The notes beneath the pieces were generated by a model. The model was not told the origin of the DNA. It saw only the letters and a list, made by a program, of their open reading frames with translations, and did not search any database. DNA of 64,000 bases, taken from Paraglomus brasilianum. Lineage: Eukaryota. The position numbers and the translations under genes were made by a program. Position 1 is the first letter of the stretch, and each line of letters starts with the position of its first letter. Of this stretch, positions 25,670 through 37,810 are shown piece by piece. The stretch spans positions 1 to 64,000 of the forward strand of contig CAJVPI010000047.1 of assembly GCA_910592345.1 (NCBI GenBank), given 5' to 3'.

Positions 25670-28129
25670 CTATGTTGATGGTTGACTACTTCCTCCATCT
25701 TCTCCCTTTTCCGTCGGTGGTGGCGATTGATCATTTGGTGACTCTGGATTAATATACTCGTCGTATGGTGTCTTGTCTGGAAAGGGTCTTTTCCCTAACA
25801 GTGTATGCATATCTTCCCTGTTAAGAACTTCCTTGGATAATAGCAGTTGAGCTACTTTCTCAACTTCGTTCCTCCTCTCAGTCAACAGAGCAACTGTCCT
25901 ATCATACGCACGTGACACTAATTGACGCACTTCATCATCTATCATCCTTGCTGTCTCTTCCGAATATGGTTTCTGAAATTGTGGTTCAGTCTCATTGGAT
26001 CCCTGGAATGACAATGGACCTACATTTGAATTCATTCCGTATATAGATATCTGCGCATACGCCAGCTTTGTTACTTTTTGTAAATCATCCTGCGCTCCCG
26101 TAGTGATAACACCAAAGAATATTTGCTCGGATACACGTCCGCCAAGAGTCATGCACATGCGGTCGAGTAACTGAGCAGTAGAATATAAATACTGATCTTT
26201 AGGAAGATATTGAGCATATCCCAATGCACCAATGCCACGTGGAATAATAGACACTTTCAGAAGCGGATCGGCATGCTCAAGATACCATCCGGCTACAGCG
26301 TGTCCTGCTTCGTGATATGCAACTGTCTTCTTCTCTGCAGGTGATAGTACCCGACTCTTTTTTTCTAATCCAGCAATCACCCTTTCAATAGCTTGCTCAA
26401 AATGTTCTTCTCCTACCCACTCGCGATGATATCTGGCCGCAATCAATGCAGCCTCATTACATACGTTAGCGATGTCTGCTCCACTAAACCCAGGTGTTAA
26501 TGCTGCTAATTTATTGGATATTCTATCAATGTCTTCTTTCGTTTTTATTGGTTTCAGATGAACTTTGAAGATAGCACTACGACCTTTAATATCAGGTTTA
26601 TCAATAGCAATGTGTCTATCAAATCGACCAGGGCGCATAAGAGCAGGATCTAATACATCCGGACGGTTGGTACCAGCTAACACTACCACATGTTCACTCG
26701 AACCAAATCCATCCATCTCAACAAGCAACTGATTCAATGTACTTTCTCTCTCGTCATTCCCTCCAAATTGTCCCATTTTACCACGTGACTTACCAATCGC
26801 ATCAATCTCATCAACGAATATAATACAAGGAGCATGCTTCTTAGCATTAGCAAACAGATCACGTACACGCGATGGACCCACACCAACAAACATTTCCACG
26901 AATTCACTTCCTGATACACTCAGAAATGGTACTCCTGCTTCCCCTGCTGTAGCCTTCGCAAGAAGAGTCTTTCCTGTTCCAGGCGGACCGCTGAGAATAG
27001 CCCCCTTGGGTATCTTGGCACCCAATCTCTCATAGGCTGTCGGATCTTTGAGAAATTTAACAAATTCCATAATCTCCTCCTTTGCTTCATCCATGCCAGC
27101 GACATCTTTAAATTTAACTTTCACGTCAGTTTCCTGATTAAACAATTTGGCCTTTGATTTTCCTATACCAAAGATCCCTTGAGAGCCAGCTGCTCCACCA
27201 GCTCTCCTTGTAATATAGAAAAGAGCACCAGCAAGTAGTAGCGTCGGCGCAAAATGCAATAGAGTGCTCATAATGCTAATCTCGTCATGATAAGCAACAG
27301 GAATACGCTCCGAAGGTGGAATGTTCAATTCGTTCTGTGCATCATCCAATTTTCTCTCAAATGCCTCGACAGAACCAATACTAAAGTAATATGTAGCTCC
27401 AGGGACAGTAGGCGCATTAGGATACATCTGGCCCGTTGCATTAGAATGTAGATATACTCTCGCCTTTTTTTTGTTTAATACAACTAACTTATCCACCAGT
27501 CCCTTCTCCAAAAATGCAGTTCGAAATTCTTGCCATGTGATCTCCCTCGAATTTTCACCTCCACCGACTACTCTATATAGAATGTATGCAGAGAATATTA
27601 AGGGAAGTAGTGTATTCGCATTCAATGTCATGGTCCACATTTCCTTTGGTTGTGGAGGTGGTTTAGGAGGTGTATTCTCAGAGCCATCCTGTACAGGCGA
27701 CGCTTGCCCACGTCCTTTATTGAAGAAATTCTCGAATCCCTTGGGAACCTTTGCTTTGGTTATTGGAGGATTATTCTCTTTATCCTTATCTTTCTCTCGA
27801 GCTCTGATTTCTTCGGGGTTTTTACCCTTATTGTCTGTGAAAAAGCCTCTATCCGCGTTGGAGGACTGATCTTTCTTGTGCTCCGCGTTGGAGGGCCGAT
27901 CTTTTTTGTGCTCTGCGTTGGGGGATCGGTCTTTTTTGTGTTCGGCGTCGGTGGTATATTTCCTGTGTTGATCTCTACTAACAGGAAATTCTGAACAAGT
28001 TATTTCTAATTGATTACGTATTAGTGGTTTTGCTGTCTTGCCAGAGAAAAAGCCGCGTATGAGCAGGCGCGTTCTATTCGACGAATGAGTTCTGGTTAGA
28101 CGGTAAGAGCGTGCTATATAGGCACTCAT
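25670..28129 (-). CDS. Mitochondrial m-AAA protease subunit (AFG3/YTA12/AFG3L2, FtsH family), intronless
   Basis: 819-aa ORF with Walker A GPPGTGKT, Walker [30 protein letters not shown], zinc motif HEAGH and two TM segments. Confidence 0.97.
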   Translation of the reverse strand: MSAYIARSYRLTRTHSSNRTRLLIRGFFSGKTAKPLIRNQLEITCSEFPVSRDQHRKYTTDAEHKKDRSPNAEHKKDRPSNAEHKKDQSSNADRGFFTDNKGKNPEEIRAREKDKDKENNPPITKAKVPKGFENFFNKGRGQASPVQDGSENTPPKPPPQPKEMWTMTLNANTLLPLIFSAYILYRVVGGGENSREITWQEFRTAFLEKGLVDKLVVLNKKKARVYLHSNATGQMYPNAPTVPGATYYFSIGSVEAFERKLDDAQNELNIPPSERIPVAYHDEISIMSTLLHFAPTLLLAGALFYITRRAGGAAGSQGIFGIGKSKAKLFNQETDVKVKFKDVAGMDEAKEEIMEFVKFLKDPTAYERLGAKIPKGAILSGPPGTGKTLLAKATAGEAGVPFLSVSGSEFVEMFVGVGPSRVRDLFANAKKHAPCIIFVDEIDAIGKSRGKMGQFGGNDERESTLNQLLVEMDGFGSSEHVVVLAGTNRPDVLDPALMRPGRFDRHIAIDKPDIKGRSAIFKVHLKPIKTKEDIDRISNKLAALTPGFSGADIANVCNEAALIAARYHREWVGEEHFEQAIERVIAGLEKKSRVLSPAEKKTVAYHEAGHAVAGWYLEHADPLLKVSIIPRGIGALGYAQYLPKDQYLYSTAQLLDRMCMTLGGRVSEQIFFGVITTGAQDDLQKVTKLAYAQISIYGMNSNVGPLSFQGSNETEPQFQKPYSEETARMIDDEVRQLVSRAYDRTVALLTERRNEVEKVAQLLLSKEVLNREDMHTLLGKRPFPDKTPYDEYINPESPNDQSPPPTEKGEDGGSSQPST
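27852..27950 (-). repeat. 30-bp coding tandem repeat (~3.3 units; AEHKKDR/QxxN) in the m-AAA protease N-terminus
   Basis: Translation [33 protein letters not shown]. Confidence 0.85.
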
Positions 28130-29806
28130 TATATGCAGAATAGTGATGGGGAAGTAATGGGTTAAAAATGTTTAAAATCCACTAAGCATTTATGAAAAGA
28201 AAAGAAACTAGCACTTTTTAGATCCGCCATGTGGTGTCTTATTACAATTATAGTTTTTGTTGCAGGAGCGTGACTTCTGTATTACATCTCCCGCCAGTTA
28301 AAATCTTTGCTGTTCGATAATATTCTAGTTCGCGTTTTAGCCTTCTTGGTCCTCGATACATACCTATCGTTATATTCAGAATTGAGCGATTGTGTTTTAG
28401 AAACTTGGAGTTTTATTGCTGATATTTCTCTCTCACATTTTGTATTTATATATTTACGGCGAACAATCGCACGATTAATGATTGGATGATATATAAACTT
28501 GTTCTAACTACAGATTCCTTGACAATGCGGTGATTATGATACTTCGATATCAACATAATCAATTGTTCAATGCTACGTCGAATATGCCATAGTCATAATT
28601 GTACGATTGTCTACTAGTAATAGTAAAAAAAACGCATAGTTAAACAAGAATATAACGACAGAAATATTTTGATTAAGGACTCTTCAGTCCAATGCTTCTC
28701 CGCTCTCTTTAATCTGCAGCCATGCTCACAATCTAGTATGTGTCGAGTCAACAATCACTCTTGGAACGGGGCTGCGGCTCCTCATACTTAATTAAATATA
28801 ATGGCAGTTAGTAACCTTTAAACTAAGATTTACTACTCACGACCTAGTGTCGATCGATAGACCTAGACGGTTACTCGAATATGCTCGTTCTCTTCAAAGA
28901 TAATGCCTTTCTTCTTATTTCTTCCTTTATCTGCGTATTCTTGGCTAACTGTTGGGCTGATATTTCTAAGATACGATAAGCGTCAGGGCAATCTGATTAG
29001 ATAGTAAGCGTTAAAACATCGGTGCAAAGCATCGCATTATATCCTATTAAAGCTTCAAAGAGAAATAAGTTATCAAAACGGGACCCAAAATCATGAACGA
29101 CAATGACTATGTAATAGACAAGTAAGTGTAATAAATATCGTAAATTAAGTGTTAATTTGAGTGTCAAGCTAGGTATTATAGAAGACTGGCTTATTAATTA
29201 TTTTCTTTGTACTAATAGAATGTTTCGGATAGAGCAATAGTATATATGGATAGCAACATAATAAATTTGCGTAAAGTTATTTATAATAATCAAGCTACTT
29301 TTTCGCTTTCAGTATACAAACGGTGTTGACCTCGTCGTCACTCGTCGGGCATTATGAAATTATGTTCAAGATTAAGGCGGCTGGTAATTTAAAAATGACT
29401 GGGTCTGTGATAAAAAAAATTTTCGTAAAGAAAAAACGCCTGATAAAGAGTAAGGTAATAAGCGGACGCGCTGATACCATGTGGTGAGAACAACTTTAAG
29501 ACAGACTACCAAACCAAATTTAGCTTACATACAATTTTAATCGCGATCAATTTATGCAAGACCAAGAATTACACTCTTGACAAAATGGGGAAAGGGGTGA
29601 CTGTTTACATACGCGTCCAACTCACAGGTACACATGTAATATTTCAGGGCGCCCGCAGCATAAACAATTTTTTCGCGTAAAATGGAGAATATATTATTAT
29701 TATTACTTGCGGCCCAATCGGAAGTCCCCCGTCCCATATTTCAGCAACAAATATATAAATACTTGCCCTCCCCTCCATGGACGCTAACAGACAACTGTAC
29801 GTGGTC

Positions 29807-29966
29807 CTTAGTCCTACTGGCTGGGAGGATACTAGCTAGGATACTTAGTCCTATGGCTGGGAGGATACTGGCTAGGGTACTTAGTCCTATGGCTGGGAGG
29901 ATACTAGCTAGGATACTTAGTCCTACTGGCTGGGAGGATACTGGCTAGGATACTTAGTCCTACTGG
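29807..29966. repeat. 36-37-bp minisatellite, ~4.4 units
   Basis: Unit CTTAGTCCTA(C)TGGCTGGGAGGATACT(A/G)GCTAGG(A/G)TA repeated head to tail. Confidence 0.95.
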
Positions 29967-29979
29967 TTAAGATACATAT

Positions 29980-30171
29980 TTGATATGCTGCCACCTCAGC
30001 TCGTGAGTGAGGGATGTTTACGAACGTGGTAGATGTCAAGCAAGCATTATCGAATACAATCTTTTCTAATGCAACATCGCATAATTTTTTGTAAAGTCCT
30101 AAATGGTTTTGATCCCCGAGATGGTTGATTGATCCTGTTTAGGCAAACCCACTTGATATGCTGCCACCTCA
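29980..30171. repeat. 19-bp direct repeat pair TTGATATGCTGCCACCTCA (29980-29998; 30153-30171)
   Basis: Identical 19-mers. ACGTGGTA follows both, after an extra ~25 nt in the first copy. Confidence 0.75.
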
Positions 30172-31509
30172 ACGTGGTAAGTGGGTGACAACGTTTATTT
30201 ACTATAATGAACGGCGAAGAGCAGCATATTGATAACTGACTGTGCTATATATTATTGATGTCATACATGCGAATGTCACTTTCGATAAATATGGACGATA
30301 ATGACATCTCCGATCTGAAGTTACGCAGAAAATATATACGTCGTCATTTAATATTAGTCTCACAAACTGTAACATAATTCCACCCGCTGTTGTAAATAAT
30401 CCACAAAACTGACATCTCGAATAGTTATATAAGAAGCGCGACTCTCTGTTAGAATCTGTGTGTTCAATTACTGTCAATTATAATCTTTAATAAACGAGTA
30501 GTTTTTTATACATTATTGATAATTCGTTCTTGGTTTTCAGTATAATCGTGGATCACTAATAGAAATATCCGCGTGGATATTCTCGTGGCATTACGATTGT
30601 TATTCGCTTAAGTGGGACTGCATTTTAGATAGATACCAACCGTGCCATCATTCATGTGACGCGTTGAGATGACATTGCGTTAGCCGATTTATCGGCATTT
30701 TATAATGGCATTGTTACTATTCTTGGCAATTGTTACAGATGAATGTATATTTGAACATGCAAAGAATCAAGGATAAAAGACATCTCGTGTATTCATGTCT
30801 ACGGAAAAGAATAAAGAAAAAGCTAAAGAGTTACTTACTTAGACAAGAATGCAATACCTTCTGGAGGGACAGGAAATCCGAGATTAGTGAGATTATTATG
30901 TCATATTTAATTACAAGCTTGGTGTACTGGCCAAACAAGACTACGATGGAAACTAATTACACGACTTAACGTCGGGAGTGCGACGTGAAACTCTACGGAA
31001 CAATGCGGCCGGTCTCGCTAACATGTCAGTGTATTACACGTAAATTCCTCATTGCTAGATGACTCAACTTCAATTACCTAAATCTTATTTGTTAACTCTG
31101 AAAATCAAGTTTATATTATGCTCATAGACTCAGTTAATAATCGACCTGATATCCCTTGTTCTACTTGGATAATCTAAAAACTCATTCCCATTCTTTGAAG
31201 TAATACAAATGTAGATCTTACAATGGGCCTTACTGTTCAACGTAAAAAATAGAGCAAATTTACTTGGTAATCTTTTGAAGTAAGAACTTCCTGCCTGTTA
31301 TTATGCGAAGTTTCATATTTCTCAAAACTGGCAGTGCGTTGAGATTGAGGTGATCACGTCTCCGTGCATTCACGCATTTGGACAGCTCCCGTAACCTTCG
31401 TGACATTATTATGCGAAGCAAGTACAAAGTCTGTTCTAACAATTTGCTCTCGCACTCAAAATTAAAACAAACGTTACCATGAGACCGCTGTACCATAATG
31501 TCTATTTTT

Positions 31510-33045
31510 CTAAGAATATACTACAATATCAATTGATTTTCCTGCATATATAGGTTGCAATTGTTTGTTAATGTAAGTGCTAAACGTCGATCTAGGAGTA
31601 CCGTAAAATGTCTCTGCATGAGCAGCAACCATTGCATCCAACATTGGAATAAGATGACTGGCGAGTGGAGCCTTATCCTCAATATTTCGTAACGGTCTGA
31701 TCTCATCCAATTCTTCTTGGAAATCATCCAAAACGAACACACATGGAAAAGTATTAAAGAACTTAAATAGAAGAGAATTATTTCGAGGCATTTTGGCATC
31801 AGTAGCAATATAAATGATAGTATTAACGCCAGGATCATTATCATCCAGCTCCTTGTGGCATTGAATTTTAGGACGAGAAATCGGAACAACGGCACGACGC
31901 GTTTTAGTCGAATCTGGGAACACGTCATTTGTAGCAGCCTCAAAACTTTCTGATTCTAGCGGTTTGATCATGCGCTTATTTAAATCAACTGTCTCATCTT
32001 CAAGTATGTCCTGATCGTGAGTACCCCCCTCCAATTTGTCGACTACATCAGGCGATAAATTAGTCCTAGCGTCAATTATCGTATGGTACATACGGTCAAG
32101 AGTCATTCTTGCTGTCCTCATGAAGAAACCGTCTCCAACCCGCATGTGTAATCCAATAAAGTTACCCGCGCCTCCTATTTTATCCACAATACGTGCAGCT
32201 AACTTTGTAAGAATGGCATTCCTATTAACAAGATGTTCCTTGATGAACTTTAAGTGTTGTTGGTTTTCCAGTAAATCAGGAACGACCCGAAAAGTACCAA
32301 ACAATGAACCCGTTTGGATTAATTTATGTTCAACACGTTTCAAGTCCTCTACAAAGATAGATCGCGCATACTTGTCGAGTCCAATCGCACTGTCGTTCGT
32401 ATCATATATACGATAATCCCAGAGACGATTATCTTTTAAACGGTACGTGTCATCATGAGTAATACCCAACCGAGAATGGAGCCACTCAACCGACATGTCC
32501 CATCTCTCGACAAAACTGTGCCATCTACGAATCGGTTCCATATCCACCAGGAACTCCCAAGAGACTTTTGTGTTCAAATAATAATTAAGACACTCGGCTG
32601 GTATCGGATAATCACTCGGCACCTTCCCGCAATGTTCCAATCCCCTCTTTGTAATCGTCAATAGACGTTCATACATTCTGTCAAATTCTGCAAACGGAAC
32701 TGGGGGTCCTAAGAATAGCGGCGGCAATAACAAAGTCCGATTAAGCATCTTTGCAAGCAACAATGCATTCTCTAAAGCAATACGTTGATTATGGTATCCA
32801 CTGTGTGTCCAGTATGATAAAAACTTCTCTCCAGGGCGAATAACTATCTCCCTATGTTGTCTCACTTTAACATCCTTTGCAGTAGCGTGTTCGTCATTGG
32901 GAACATGTGGTTTGATTTCATATCTATTGTCCACTTGGAAAGTATTATTTTCTGAAGGCAATCTGCTTGAAAGCGAGATTAGAGCTAATAGAGTAAAAAA
33001 TATACAAGCTCCAGCGAGCAATATTATACGGAATCCAGTAAACAT
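31510..33045 (-). CDS. CigA-like / O-fucosyltransferase-family type II membrane glycosyltransferase, intronless
   Basis: N-terminal TM helix; HSGYHNQRIALENALLLAKMLNRTLLLPP, IGLHMRVGDG, IYIATD and FYGTPRSTFS match O-FucT-like motifs. Confidence 0.85.
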   Translation of the reverse strand: MFTGFRIILLAGACIFFTLLALISLSSRLPSENNTFQVDNRYEIKPHVPNDEHATAKDVKVRQHREIVIRPGEKFLSYWTHSGYHNQRIALENALLLAKMLNRTLLLPPLFLGPPVPFAEFDRMYERLLTITKRGLEHCGKVPSDYPIPAECLNYYLNTKVSWEFLVDMEPIRRWHSFVERWDMSVEWLHSRLGITHDDTYRLKDNRLWDYRIYDTNDSAIGLDKYARSIFVEDLKRVEHKLIQTGSLFGTFRVVPDLLENQQHLKFIKEHLVNRNAILTKLAARIVDKIGGAGNFIGLHMRVGDGFFMRTARMTLDRMYHTIIDARTNLSPDVVDKLEGGTHDQDILEDETVDLNKRMIKPLESESFEAATNDVFPDSTKTRRAVVPISRPKIQCHKELDDNDPGVNTIIYIATDAKMPRNNSLLFKFFNTFPCVFVLDDFQEELDEIRPLRNIEDKAPLASHLIPMLDAMVAAHAETFYGTPRSTFSTYINKQLQPIYAGKSIDIVVYS

Positions 33046-33689
33046 AATTAAAGCATGCTAGTAATAATGCCAAATGTCTATTAATAGTCACGGGAAATGT
33101 CCCCTCGACAAGTATTTTTTGGTGTAACATGAGATGCAAAGGATGCGACAACATTAAATTGCCTTTGACCTTATACAGATTTAAATCTCCACCTTTTGAC
33201 CACTCTACGTTGACTTTGCTTAGACCCGAAAACGTCTACTTTTTTCGTATAAAGGCTAAGATCTTCCTTCAATTATGCTTGATTAAGTCAGTTTTCCTTC
33301 GTATTAATGGCGAATAGAAAGTGCTTCAAAATGTCTTATGGCCGTAAAGGTGAGGTGCTTTATTTGTAGTCTTTGGATGTTTGCTTAAGACATGTCGCCT
33401 ATTAACAACGGCAAACGCTCATGCAAAGCGTCGTATAAGAACGTTTTAACAGATTCTCGTTTAGTTTGTTGTGCAACTGATCGAAAGCAAACTCTGACAA
33501 GTTTTGCAGAGATGAGGGAAAGAAGATTCCATAAGTAACAATACTAATACATATACATGTATGGATAAAGCGAGAGGGAAATGCGAAATCTGAGACTAGT
33601 CTGTTAGCAGGCTACTAAAGATTCCCTTATATACTTTGAAATACAACTTGCGATCTCATCACTAACTCAACAACCAAGAATCCTATGCT

Positions 33690-34053
33690 TATAAAATTTA
33701 CATGCATGTTAAACGTAACTGTTGTCAATGTGTTGGCAAAAAATTAACACGGAATATTAAGTACGATTTGAATTTGGGTATACCGATTGGCTTGATTTTT
33801 CGAAGACGCGAAATTCGTCGTCAATCATCATTACTTCAATAACAAAGAATCCAATGCTCATATAAATTATATGTTTGTTAACCATAACTGTTGTCGAGGT
33901 GTATACCAAAAATTGACACAGAATATTAAGTACGATTTAAATTTCGATATTCCGATTCGCTTGAACGCGAAAAATCGATTTTAGTCATAATCCGGAATAG
34001 CGCACCAACAAAGAATACATATAAATTATATGTTTGTTAACTATAACTGTTGT
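33690..34053. repeat. Degenerate ~170-bp tandem duplication (~2.2 units)
   Basis: Blocks GAATATTAAGTACGATTT and CATATAAATTATATGTTTGTTAAC.ATAACTGTTGT recur about 160-170 bp apart. Confidence 0.8.
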
Positions 34054-34260
34054 ACGACGGTATTAGATAATTACCTTACACTGGATCATTAGGAAATACC
34101 CTCTAAACCACCCACTCAAATCAACACCTCCATCGCCCGGTTCATGCCTATGGATATAAATAGAAAATGAGTAAATGTATCATCATAGTTATTAACCAGT
34201 TGAAGAACGTTCACAGCAGGCCGTCTGGCCACGATGCGCTTTCAATTCAAATGGTTAATG

Positions 34261-34450
34261 TATCCTATTCACCACAGACCCGGTATTGTTCCAGACGGCT
34301 TTTCGGCAACGGAGAAATCGAACGTTCACATACAAGTAGTTATTACATCAAGAATTAAGTAATGTTTAAAGATATCCTATTCACCACAGACCCGGTATCG
34401 TTCCAGACGAGCTTTTCGGTATGGAGTCTCGTCTGAAACTCCAACCTAGT
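34261..34450. repeat. 46-bp direct repeat; the second copy extends into a hairpin followed by CTAG (possible Helitron-like 3' end)
   Basis: TATCCTATTCACCACAGACCCGGTAT.GTTCCAGACG at 34261 and 34373; stem GTTCCAGACGAG / CTCGTCTGAAAC, then TCCAACCTAG|T. Confidence 0.55.
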
Positions 34451-35606
34451 GGCAGCGTACTTTCAGATATCTCCACTTATCCATATAAGGGACAATGTAA
34501 GTCTATGCGTTAGAACTTGTCAGGCAAGGATCGAAACTCCAAATGTCGTATGAATAATATCTGTATATGTGATTTAGGGTGAGCAACTATATAATTCTAT
34601 GTGTTTGTGCTCTCACAAAGCTTCGCTGCAGTAATTGACGATTTATTGTGGGGGCTGAAGCTGAAGCTGAAACGTTCGTGACCTGAATTGATCACGTATT
34701 ATAATTAATACAGGGAGCTAACGTATGTGATGTTTGTTGAACAGCCCAGCGGGCACGCGTCCTTGTAACGTGACCGTTCTTTGTTAATTGACCTTCACCT
34801 TCGAACGTTGCTGCACTTTGGTTCTAGGCTTCGCTTTATTAGCGCCCATTGTCTTTATACCGCCTTCGCCCAAGCCCTCACTGAATCTTTTGTCATAATG
34901 AAATTAAAAGATGGATGCCTTGATTCCTTGAAATTTCGCGGTAAGACCAGGAGTGGCCAAATTCTTACAGTAATCCTTACGGCGCGTTAATTTTCGTGAT
35001 TGTACAGCCTTCTGGGAAAAAGAAGACAGGCCTTCCTTAATAAAGTTCTTAACGTACCGACTCCTATCAAGTGAATTGAAGGACAAGAAACCGAGCATAG
35101 TTACTATAATCGTGAACTACACAAATCAGTTTGCATTATCCCGACGCGAATTCCGGTATCGACGGAACGTAGCCAAGTGGGGAACAAAGTTTTAAGGCAA
35201 GTATTCCCATTCTACGGTTAATTCCACAGATAATGCCATCACCAACTACCTTGCTGGTTGCGGCTTGCAGTGGGAAATGCTTTGGCTTGTTGATGAGCAC
35301 ACCAAATCGTGTGTGCAGCGCCCAGCAGACTACTTTGTGGGTTGCTTCGGCTTGTCCGTGATTACAATATATAGTTGGTATTCATAATTGAAAGCCGTTA
35401 TCTATCATCGATAACACCGAAATACAGTATGTCGTTATCCAATCAAGCGAAAAACCCTACCGTACGTATACTGTACAAATGGAGTATAATTACTTCTTTA
35501 TAGAGTATGAGGCACTTTTATATGATGTGCAAATCTGATCCATATGTTTAGGGGATCGGGGCCTAGTTTTTGTGTGCTAGCGCGTCAATGATAGTCAAAG
35601 ATTATA

Positions 35607-36064
35607 CGTGGGTGGTTCAAAAAGTTCTTGCCGCCTGACTTTATTTCGAAAATAATTTTAAAATATTCCTTCAAAATAGTCTCCTACATTTATACGTTTT
35701 TGTAATTTTTTCCACCAACTTTCAACATTCCTTTTGTGAGACACCGTAAACAACTGCCTGAAGGCCTTATGGATCAAGGGTCATCTTCCAAGCAGTCTCT
35801 ACCATTATTGAAAGTTTTAACCAGCTGTCAAACCGTGCGTAATGTTAGTGCTTTATGTTTGCAAGATTTATTAAATTTACTAAAGATCTATCGCGTCTTG
35901 CCATTTCAACAAATATGGTATTGGTTCACCTGAAATGCAAACCAACGGTTTGATGAACGAACTTTGAACGAAAAAATTTCGGAGATTTTATTTGGTTAGT
36001 GTTAGGTTGTCATAGGTTATCAGCCCGTAAAACGATGCGGCAAGAACTTTTTGAACCATCCACG
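35607..36064. mobile_element. 458-bp non-autonomous mariner-type element
   Basis: 28-bp TIR CGTGGGTGGTTCAAAAAGTTCTTGCCGC / GCGGCAAGAACTTTTTGAACCATCCACG (1 mismatch), TA on both sides. Confidence 0.9.
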
Positions 36065-37546
36065 TATTAAGGCAATTAAATTCGACGCGTCTGTTTAAGG
36101 AATTTCTTATAATTGTTCCAGCATCTCTTAGCGAACGAGTCCGCTTGATTATTGTATACAGTATTATTGTAGACAGTAAGTTTTCACTAATAACCGTATT
36201 ATTAATTATTAGCAGCTAATTAATGTATTAGTTAAGATAAATATACAATGAATAGAGACGCACTATCAAAAACATTCTTGATACGTTCTTTATATTCCGG
36301 TCTCTTCGATTGGTATAGCCCTGTAATTAAACGACTCCCCAAAGTGGTGAAATTGACGTCGGTCCTTATTGATCTCGCATCTAACACTTGATAGCTATGT
36401 CACTGTATTTGTGGCCATAATTCTCATCAGCTAACCGCCATAGATGTCGCAATGTCTTTGTCAAAATATCAGAGAGCTTTCTTCAATACTTAAGAGCGCT
36501 TTCACATTGACATATTGCATTCATTGAAGAAGAAAACTTTAGGATAGTGTCACGTTGTTTAGCATAAAGGCTAAGAAAAGATCCGAGCTCCTCAATGATG
36601 TGTTATTGCTTCCATTGCATGCAATTGATACATTTGTTGTAATTAATATGACAAGTAAACTAATACTTTACTTATCAATTTTTTCTATAATGCAAACAAC
36701 ATAGATCAGTGGAATATAAAGCTAAAATAATTGTTTATAACCTTTTTATTGGCTATAATTTAGAATAAGCAGACAAACTCATTGACAAGAAAAAAGGAGA
36801 GATTGGTTCATTTGCAAAAGGACGTCTTTGTAAATGTGACGTCCACATATTTTTACTGAATCCCCGTCCAAATATGGTAACGTTCTGCGATTCTGGCGCC
36901 AACTTGCCTAATCAAATATTCTTTAGATAATGTTTTAAGCAAAGCAACAACTATGAGCGCTTTCGTTAATAGAAATTAGTTCTCTGTTTATTATTTTTAT
37001 TTTGGAATTAAAGGTGGGAAGAGAGGTTACCCGCTTTCAGGTGCCATTACAGGTCAAGTGACACTCACCAATAACACCAATAACTAGCACCAAGGCTATA
37101 TTATATATTTACTATTAACATTGACATAAAAGTACTCATCTGGCCCGTGCTTCACGATAGTAGTGGGTAGTAGTGGATAATTTGCAAATTATTAAAGTAG
37201 ACAACAATAACTTAGACTATACAAATATATCGCTGTCATTGGTACTTAGGCCCAGTTGATTATTTATCTGATCGTGTTTAGAATGAGGTTTATTTAATCC
37301 TGGTGTCATAATAACAAATCAATAGTACATGAATTTATATGACACATTTATTTATCGTTCAATGAAAAGTTTTGTAGTTACAAAGAATGAGAAATCAACA
37401 TCAAAAGTAAAAGAAAAGTCAAATACTAATCAGTTAAATATTTAAAGAGTGGTGAATGTATATAATATCAAATGTTCAGTATGATAAATGACACTTCAAT
37501 AGATATCTATCATCGCAAGTCCAAATACAGTATTATGTAGTAGAGG

Positions 37547-37810
37547 TTATATTTTGCTCTGAAAGGAATTCCCAGTAATGCTCGAATATTGTAGTTGTGA
37601 GACTGGTAGTGGAGTAAATATGTCGTTTTCCTGTTTACCAATATCTGCCATAGTCTGAAGTATGGGATCTTTGAGAAGACGCTGGACAAAAGTATCTGTT
37701 GGACGACGGCGAGTTAAAGTGAAAGAAGGAAAAGTGGATGCTCGTGGATAATCAGGCCGTGATTGACGTTGGGTCGAGGAGTTGTTCGTAGTCGAGGTAG
37801 TCAGTGACAT
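37547..37810 (-). CDS. Possible small Ser/Thr-rich hypothetical protein (87 aa from MSLTT)
   Basis: Isolated, protein-like ORF with RASTFP and RRRPT basic phospho-site-like motifs in a long intergenic region. No recognisable domain. Confidence 0.4.
   Translation of the reverse strand: MSLTTSTTNNSSTQRQSRPDYPRASTFPSFTLTRRRPTDTFVQRLLKDPILQTMADIGKQENDIFTPLPVSQLQYSSITGNSFQSKI

Noticed and set aside
28690..28970. Possible two-exon fragment sharing VSQEYAD with ORF 61513-61884
   Set aside because: A 7-aa match is expected by chance in six frames of 64 kb. There is no start codon or recognisable domain.
29807..29966. CRISPR-like 36-37-bp repeats
   Set aside because: The units are contiguous with no unique spacers, there are no cas genes, and the context is eukaryotic. 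It is a minisatellite.
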